Shown piece by piece: positions 57,744-64,000 of a stretch of 64,000 bases of DNA. The notes under the pieces were generated by a model that did no database searches, was not told where the DNA came from, and saw nothing but the letters and a program-made list of their open reading frames with translations. The position numbers and the translations under genes are program-made. Location of the stretch: the IMG/VR virus record IMGVR_UViG_3300032235_000792; one strand, given 5' to 3'. The DNA comes from a virus. Position 1 is the stretch's first letter. Each line of letters begins with the position of its first letter.

Positions 57744-57805
57744 TCATAACTCATTTTGCTATATAATATATAAATATCATTGATATTTAAAGAATATAGG
57801 CACAT

Positions 57806-58825
57806 ATGGATTTAAGTAAAATAGCAGGACTAGCTGGGATTCCTAGTAGTGACTTGGCTGGCGATAAAGCTGATGCAGATAGAATAAAAAAAGAAGATAA
57901 CTCAGGACTGAACCTTGAGGAGATGTACGAGTCAGATCCTAAGCTGTGGTGGAAGCAATCTCCATATACTTTTGTGTTTAAAGAGGAAAATACAGGCGAG
58001 GGACTGGGGAAGCGGTACGCCTTTAGTTTGCCAATATCACCGTCTAATATATCAATAACAACACATTTTGCTACAAACGTAGTAACTACCATGTATGGAA
58101 CAGTGGAAGAACATTCTGAACAAAGGTATTTTGATATAAACATATCTGGTACAACAGGTATGAGTCCAACGTACTCTACATACGCTAAATTATCTGATAT
58201 AAACACACCCAATATGGATCCTGCTAAGCTAGACGGTCCTGGTGGTAAAAAAGCAAAAAATGAAAGAAAAAGAAAAAGCTACAGCACTGCTAGTGTGATA
58301 AGTGCAGGAATCGACACGCTTGGTTTCTTGAGAAGATCGGCCAATATAGCAGAAACAATAGCTAGTCAAGCAAAAGATCTTTTTAACGCCCCAAAGCCAA
58401 TAGGTATTTCTACAGAAAATGTAAATACTGGTTACATGGCTTTTCATAATTTTTATAGGTTTTTACTTAAATATAAAAAACATACGTCTTCTAAAAGATC
58501 TAATACTAATGCAGGAATTCATCCACTAACATTTATTAACTGGAAAGACAATAATCAGTACGATGTTGTGATTAGCAATTTTCAATTAATGAGAGATGCA
58601 AGTAATCCAATGCTGTATAATTATACAATATCTATGCGTGCATATAATTTAACAACAGCGGGTTCTGGCGACGCAGCAATGCAGATCGATCAATATGATC
58701 TGCTTAAATCTATTGGCCTAGACAAAGTCAACGGATCTGCAAAAGCACTACTTGCTAGAAAAGCTAGAAATGCTAGAAACGCTGCATATGCAGCTATTGC
58801 ATTAACAAAAGTTGCAGGTCAATAA
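57806..58825 (+). CDS. putative baseplate/tube-initiator protein
   Basis: LPISPSNISIT, INISGTTG, LYNYTISM. Confidence 0.5.
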   Translation: MDLSKIAGLAGIPSSDLAGDKADADRIKKEDNSGLNLEEMYESDPKLWWKQSPYTFVFKEENTGEGLGKRYAFSLPISPSNISITTHFATNVVTTMYGTVEEHSEQRYFDINISGTTGMSPTYSTYAKLSDINTPNMDPAKLDGPGGKKAKNERKRKSYSTASVISAGIDTLGFLRRSANIAETIASQAKDLFNAPKPIGISTENVNTGYMAFHNFYRFLLKYKKHTSSKRSNTNAGIHPLTFINWKDNNQYDVVISNFQLMRDASNPMLYNYTISMRAYNLTTAGSGDAAMQIDQYDLLKSIGLDKVNGSAKALLARKARNARNAAYAAIALTKVAGQ

Positions 58826-60426
58826 TGGCGGCAGGATTTGAGAACAGCATTTCTGAGCTCTCTAAACTAGATCTATGGTATAAGGTCAGTGACGGAGTAC
58901 GACTTAATTTAACTGACGTGCCAGAGTTGATAAGATTAAGATGGTTGTATTTCAGAGATAACTGGCAGTTCTTAAAAGAGAGCTATATATCTAAAATACC
59001 AGACTACTCAGATCCTAATAAGTTAAAGTTAGAAATAGATTTATTTAGCGAATTTATTGAATCTCAAAGAAACTACAGTATAAATAGAAATCCATTTGAC
59101 TCAGAAAGTATATTGTATAGATTTTTCTCTATATTTGATTTGACGAGCGTATATGATATATCTCTTTCTTTCGAAGAAGTAAATATACTGTCAACGAAAA
59201 TCAACTCTATCAGAAACATGACGAGAAGAGATTTTCTTGAAATGCGCGGCAAGATAGTCCAGGACAGGGATGCTATAGCCGATAGAGTTGGATTATCAGA
59301 CCCTGATTATAACTCTACGTACGACAGAAGCTCTCAGCCATATAGAACTGCAGTAAAAAACAAAGATATAAACAACATGTTTGAGTTGCAACAGGCAATT
59401 AAGTCCATAGATTATATATTGGCTAATTATTTTACGACAGAAAGACTAGCAGTAGATCCTTTTGCAATAGCAAGAAGTAATGCCAATAATCCACTTATAG
59501 ATATTGGTAATTATTCTTCTGGCGTTTTAGTTAAAATGCAATATGGTGAGAACCTGCAGTCTTTAGCAAAAAGAACACTCGGTACGCCAGATAAATGGAT
59601 AGACATTGCAATAGCTAACGGATTAAAGCCTCCTTATATAGATGAGATAGGTTACAAAATACCACTCATATCTAATGGAAGCAAGAATCAAATAAACATA
59701 GCTGGAAAAGATTCTTTTCAGAATGCTAACATAGACAAGGTTTACGTAGGACAAGTCCTGTTCCTGAAATCAGATATCGAAAATTCTACAGAGCAAAGAT
59801 CTATAATAAACATTAGACAAGTGCCTATATCTGATGAGATAATTATAGAGTTAGACGGAGTGCAGGACCTAGATCGGTACAAGATCGGCGACAATGCAAA
59901 CATTAGAGTATATAGACCTAACACCACTAACAGTTCATTTTATATACTGATACCAACAGACGAGCAGATTGAGCCAGAGGTCAAAAACGGAACACCTTGG
60001 TTTCTAAAAAGCAGTGATGCGGTAGAGAAAAAACAAAAAATTGACATTAATATAAGCGATGACGGCGACATAAACTTTAACTCTACAGGGGATCTGCAGT
60101 TATCTTACGGATTAGACAACTCTATACAGGCAATAAAACTTAAGATGTCAGTAGAGAGTGGCGAATTAAAGAGGCATCCATCATTTGGGTTAATATCTGT
60201 TGCCGGAGCAGGCAGCACAGATGTCGAATCAACAAAAAGATCATTGACTAGCTCTATAGTTGATAGTATAACTGCTGATAGCAGATTTTCAATGGTAGAG
60301 TCAATATCTGTTGACTATTCTAATCCAAAAGACGCAGAATCACCAAGTTATTTCAGTATAAATATATCAGTTAGATTGTCAGGGTCTAATCAACTAGTTC
60401 CAATAAGTTTTAATATAAGAGGATAG
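58825..60426 (+). CDS. putative baseplate wedge protein (LysM-like and gp25-like parts)
   Basis: GENLQSLA..LG..DKW.DIAIANGL..P; C-terminal GELKRHPSFG...DSRF. Confidence 0.6.
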   Translation: MAAGFENSISELSKLDLWYKVSDGVRLNLTDVPELIRLRWLYFRDNWQFLKESYISKIPDYSDPNKLKLEIDLFSEFIESQRNYSINRNPFDSESILYRFFSIFDLTSVYDISLSFEEVNILSTKINSIRNMTRRDFLEMRGKIVQDRDAIADRVGLSDPDYNSTYDRSSQPYRTAVKNKDINNMFELQQAIKSIDYILANYFTTERLAVDPFAIARSNANNPLIDIGNYSSGVLVKMQYGENLQSLAKRTLGTPDKWIDIAIANGLKPPYIDEIGYKIPLISNGSKNQINIAGKDSFQNANIDKVYVGQVLFLKSDIENSTEQRSIINIRQVPISDEIIIELDGVQDLDRYKIGDNANIRVYRPNTTNSSFYILIPTDEQIEPEVKNGTPWFLKSSDAVEKKQKIDINISDDGDINFNSTGDLQLSYGLDNSIQAIKLKMSVESGELKRHPSFGLISVAGAGSTDVESTKRSLTSSIVDSITADSRFSMVESISVDYSNPKDAESPSYFSINISVRLSGSNQLVPISFNIRG

Positions 60427-60427
60427 T

Positions 60428-63400
60428 ATGGCTAATATAGATATTAAAAGTTATAATCAGATTCTTGGCGATATGGTTCGAAAAATTGTCGCAGATACGC
60501 CGGTAAACGACGTAAGTGTGGGATCCGTGCTACTAACTATACTTGAAGCAGCAGCCTCAAACGATTATGAAAACAACACTGCAATTCTTAACGTACTAGA
60601 ATTACTTAACATTGACATTATTAAAAACAATGACTTAGATGCATATGCTTCTAATCTGGGTCTCACTAGAAAAATTGCGACAAAGTCTACCGGATTTGTG
60701 GTTGTGTCTGATTCTAGCATAACAAAAAGAAGCACAACACTGTACTCCATAAAGCCTGCACCTATAGCAGGATCTACTAAGCTTTACGTAAATAATGCGT
60801 CAAATTGGAATGCCTTTGGTGGGTCAGTTTATATAGGTAGAGGTACACCTAATTTCGAAGGCCCATTAACATATACATCAATAGAGAATAACGGAACTTT
60901 TTATACAATAAATCTAGCGTCTTCTTTACAAAAAGATCATTTAATCTCTGAATCTGTGATAGATGGGCAAGGAACCACTGACAGGAGCATACCGTCTGGG
61001 ACTATTGTTAAAATTCCAGCGAACAGTGTATCTCCAGAAATAGAGTATTCTACACTAAGATCTTCAGTCGTTCCAGCAGGAGAAGACACATCAGAGAGTA
61101 TACCTGTCGTTGCAGTAAGAGCAGGTTCAGCCAGCAACGCAGGAATAGGGACTATATCTTTATTTAAAGCGCTACCAACAAACTTCACTTCTGCAACAGT
61201 TAAAAATACTACAGCTTTTTCTAGTGGTAGAGATATTGAGTCTGATGAAGATTTTAGAGACAGAATCAAATCTTACTCTAATTCTTTAGCAAGAGGCACA
61301 AAAGATGCTATTTTATCTGCTATTAGAGGAATATCAGATGACACTGACGGTAAGCAAGTTCAATCTGCTGTAATAACGGAGCCAGCAAGTGTTGGTGATG
61401 CCTCTATTGTTTACATAGACGACGGTGCTGGATTTCAGCCAAGCTATGAGGGTCAATCTGTTGACCTATTGATTCCTTATGCCAATGGTAGCGAAGAGTT
61501 TTTGCAACTTGCAAACTATCCTTTACCAAGACCTCAAGTTATAAATTCTGCTGAGTCTCCGTTTTCTTTAATAGAAGGAAGCGAGCTCAAGGTTAAAGTA
61601 GACGATATAGAAGAGACTATCCTATTTACATCTTCTTATTTTAGAAATATGGCTATTGCTTCAATATATGAAGTAGTTATAGCCATAAATAGTCAATCCA
61701 CGCTATTTAAATGCAGATTAGATAAGGAATCTACTAGACTGCTGCTATATCCGGTTAGTAATATTGCTGAAAATATACAAGTAATAAGTGATGAAAGTAC
61801 ATTAGATGCGAATCTACAACTAAAGTTTCCTACAAACGAGTTTTCTTACATTAAGTTATATAAAAATAATCAACTTCTTAAAGAAGTTGAAAAACCAGCA
61901 ACAGTCGCGTCGGCCCCTTTCTACACATGGAACATCAGCGCGCCTGGAAACCTAGCCTTATCTGTTGACGGTACACCAGATCAAGATCAATACTTTACTG
62001 CATCAGATTTTAATGGTGCAACATTCACGTCGTTAAATTTAAGTGATTGGGTTACGGCAATTAATCGAAAATATGCAGGCATTACTGCATCCGAAACAAC
62101 GACAGGGCGACTTGTAATAACATCAAATAAAGAAGGTAGTGCATCAACTATTGAGATAGTTGGTGGGTCTTATTTGGATAAAATTTTTGGCGGACAGCAG
62201 ATATCGGCTGTTGGACAGAACTCGGACTACACACTTAATAGACAAAATGGTAGTATTCAAATTAGTACAACGATTTCTGCAGGCGATTCTATATCTGCCG
62301 GATCTAGCGACACCAAAGGCTCAATTACTTCGTATTCAGCTGTTGGCGGATTATTCAACTTAGCGGTAGACGCAAATGGTAGACCATCAGAAATGGTAGT
62401 AGTAGCCGATGCAGAAAGAGTTGTTATTAGAAATTTGAATATGGCTATCGGTTCAACTATACAAGTGTCTAATCAGGGTTCTAGCATAATGAGAGTAATG
62501 TCAGGTGCTGCTGTAACTTTCAAAGAGGTTCAACCTGGGGACTACATCTATTTAGTAAACAGAGGAGATACGGCCGAAGGTGGATCTTGGCTGGGCATCG
62601 AATCATCTGGGCTTTACAAGGTTAAATATAAAGGGTCACATACGGCTGATGGTGTAGATACATACTTAGACGTAGATAACGCTAATATGTTTACTGGTGG
62701 ACCTTACACATACTCAGTGCAAGATACAGCAGACATATACGCCTTTTATTCTGACGCATATCCTCAGATTTGGAGAGGCTCGTACCTCTCGGTTCCTGCA
62801 ACAGCAAGTGCGCAAGAAGTTGTCACCTCATTAAATTCTAATTTAAGAAACACAAAGGCATCTTTATTTAAAACAAATTATGTAAAAATAACGTCCACTA
62901 CAGAAAATACCGGTAGTGTGTCAATACCTGTATCCGTTGGATCGTGTGCGCAGCTTTTTGAAACAGAGCAGGAGCGGCAGGGCGGAACTCAGTCACATAT
63001 AGCAAGTATATCCCCAGACAAGGACTACATAACATTCTTCAGAGCATCTGAACCTACAAATACATGGCTAGATAGACACACTTACACTGACATTAGAGGA
63101 TCTATAAGTCTAGACCAAGAATCAAACATAGACGGAACTGGTACTTATTCTGAAATCATTAATGACACTGCTACGGTAGACTTTAACACAGACTGCTCAT
63201 ACGATAATATCGTAACTATAACAAGTGGTTCAAATAAGGGGCAAATTAGAACTGTACGCTCTATAATAGATTCTGAAAACATAGGGACACGGAACGATAA
63301 TCTTAGAACATTAATGGATTTTACTGCTGGCGATGAATATCAGATTGTCAAAAGTTTAGAAATTTCAGCAGAAGATACTATGGTAGTTATTATGGATGAT

Positions 63401-64000
63401 GACGCCATTGCAAAAACTATAGATATATCTTTCTCAAGAACCGGTAAAGTAAATAGTGGATCTCAAGCTGCAACTTTTATACCAACAAATTTAGCGTTTT
63501 CTGCAAATGATGCAGATAATGAGACTGGCATTGATTTTGGTGAACTTAGCGTTTGGGAAGTTTATCCTTCTCAAAGAAATACAAATTTTGATGATTATGC
63601 TATTTGGTTTAAAGCAAGAAATTGGTATTCTGAAAATGGTGCATGTATTTTATTAAGAGCTAAAGAGTATGGACCGATAGGGGATAAAATAAAATTTAGA
63701 ATAGAGTATCCAAGTGCTCAAAATAGTTCAAGTGTAGTATTCCATACTAATACTCCAGAAGAAACTTTAGTAACTTATGTATTTGGATCCAGCGCTGCAG
63801 CAACTACTGATGTTGCCCCAGGGGACCTGTTTACTATTACAGATTTAGGCTCTAATATAGCTAGAATTAAGTTTCCATCTACAGCAACAGTTGCAAATAT
63901 AGAAATTAATAACATTTTAAGTATAGCAGAGGACAGCGGTTTTTCTGCGGCAAATACTGGTACATTCTCTATCGTAAATAAGAGTGATATAGATAAAACA
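60428..64000 (+). CDS. large baseplate J-like wedge protein, 3' end outside window (not in ORF track)
   Basis: MANIDIKSYNQILGDM...GSVLLTILEA...DLDAYA..LGLTR; GRDIESDEDFRDRI...LARGTKDAI; no stop seen to window end (about 1190 codons). Confidence 0.8.
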   Translation, partial: MANIDIKSYNQILGDMVRKIVADTPVNDVSVGSVLLTILEAAASNDYENNTAILNVLELLNIDIIKNNDLDAYASNLGLTRKIATKSTGFVVVSDSSITKRSTTLYSIKPAPIAGSTKLYVNNASNWNAFGGSVYIGRGTPNFEGPLTYTSIENNGTFYTINLASSLQKDHLISESVIDGQGTTDRSIPSGTIVKIPANSVSPEIEYSTLRSSVVPAGEDTSESIPVVAVRAGSASNAGIGTISLFKALPTNFTSATVKNTTAFSSGRDIESDEDFRDRIKSYSNSLARGTKDAILSAIRGISDDTDGKQVQSAVITEPASVGDASIVYIDDGAGFQPSYEGQSVDLLIPYANGSEEFLQLANYPLPRPQVINSAESPFSLIEGSELKVKVDDIEETILFTSSYFRNMAIASIYEVVIAINSQSTLFKCRLDKESTRLLLYPVSNIAENIQVISDESTLDANLQLKFPTNEFSYIKLYKNNQLLKEVEKPATVASAPFYTWNISAPGNLALSVDGTPDQDQYFTASDFNGATFTSLNLSDWVTAINRKYAGITASETTTGRLVITSNKEGSASTIEIVGGSYLDKIFGGQQISAVGQNSDYTLNRQNGSIQISTTISAGDSISAGSSDTKGSITSYSAVGGLFNLAVDANGRPSEMVVVADAERVVIRNLNMAIGSTIQVSNQGSSIMRVMSGAAVTFKEVQPGDYIYLVNRGDTAEGGSWLGIESSGLYKVKYKGSHTADGVDTYLDVDNANMFTGGPYTYSVQDTADIYAFYSDAYPQIWRGSYLSVPATASAQEVVTSLNSNLRNTKASLFKTNYVKITSTTENTGSVSIPVSVGSCAQLFETEQERQGGTQSHIASISPDKDYITFFRASEPTNTWLDRHTYTDIRGSISLDQESNIDGTGTYSEIINDTATVDFNTDCSYDNIVTITSGSNKGQIRTVRSIIDSENIGTRNDNLRTLMDFTAGDEYQIVKSLEISAEDTMVVIMDDDAIAKTIDISFSRTGKVNSGSQAATFIPTNLAFSANDADNETGIDFGELSVWEVYPSQRNTNFDDYAIWFKARNWYSENGACILLRAKEYGPIGDKIKFRIEYPSAQNSSSVVFHTNTPEETLVTYVFGSSAAATTDVAPGDLFTITDLGSNIARIKFPSTATVANIEINNILSIAEDSGFSAANTGTFSIVNKSDIDKT
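63163..63175 (+). repeat. TGACACTGCTACG 13-mer inside baseplate gene
   Basis: exact match; encodes D-T-A-T. Confidence 0.9.

Noticed and set aside
62160-62363. Separate 67-aa gene listed in the ORF track
   Set aside because: Out-of-frame ORF nested within the long baseplate gene starting at 60428.
1-64000. Stop-codon reassignment (code 15 or 4)
   Set aside because: Conserved genes are full length in the standard code and TAA, TAG and TGA all end genes with tight gene coupling.
1-64000. Prophage in a bacterial chromosome or host contamination (clpSA, rpoD-like, trxA)
   Set aside because: Host-like genes are divergent, embedded among phage-type small ORFs and share the phage motifs; no integrase or host synteny in the window.

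Overview
A 64 kb, AT-rich segment of a large (probably jumbo) contractile-tailed phage genome in the standard genetic code; no host chromosome genes, integrase or CRISPR array were seen. Left part (1-39.6 kb, mostly minus strand): metabolic and accessory genes (two ClpP, ClpA, atypical ClpS, ATP-dependent DNA ligase, ThyX, NrdB/NrdA, two thioredoxins, phosphoesterase, proteases, 2OG-Fe(II) oxygenase, one tRNA-CAU) and dozens of small unknown ORFs, ending in a modular array of putative early cassettes at 33-38 kb. Right part (39.7-64 kb, plus strand): an RpoD-like sigma factor lacking region 4.2, neck genes, tail sheath, three tube paralogues, a frameshifted tail chaperone, tape measure and baseplate genes (last ORF runs off the window). 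Most notable unexplained signals: (1) an exact 13-mer TGACACTGCTACG found 8 times (plus one partial and one 1-mismatch copy), inside and between genes, that flips orientation between 37 and 46 kb; (2) six co-varying 5'-UTR hairpins with A(C/U)GGA loops resembling CsrA/RsmA sites; (3) a shared C-terminal 'E/D-x-I-L-L' tail on about 14 small proteins in a phage that encodes its own Clp machinery; (4) a five-copy unknown protein family; (5) two promoter classes, including leaderless transcripts for both truncated sigma factors. All calls are from manual reading; no database searches were run.
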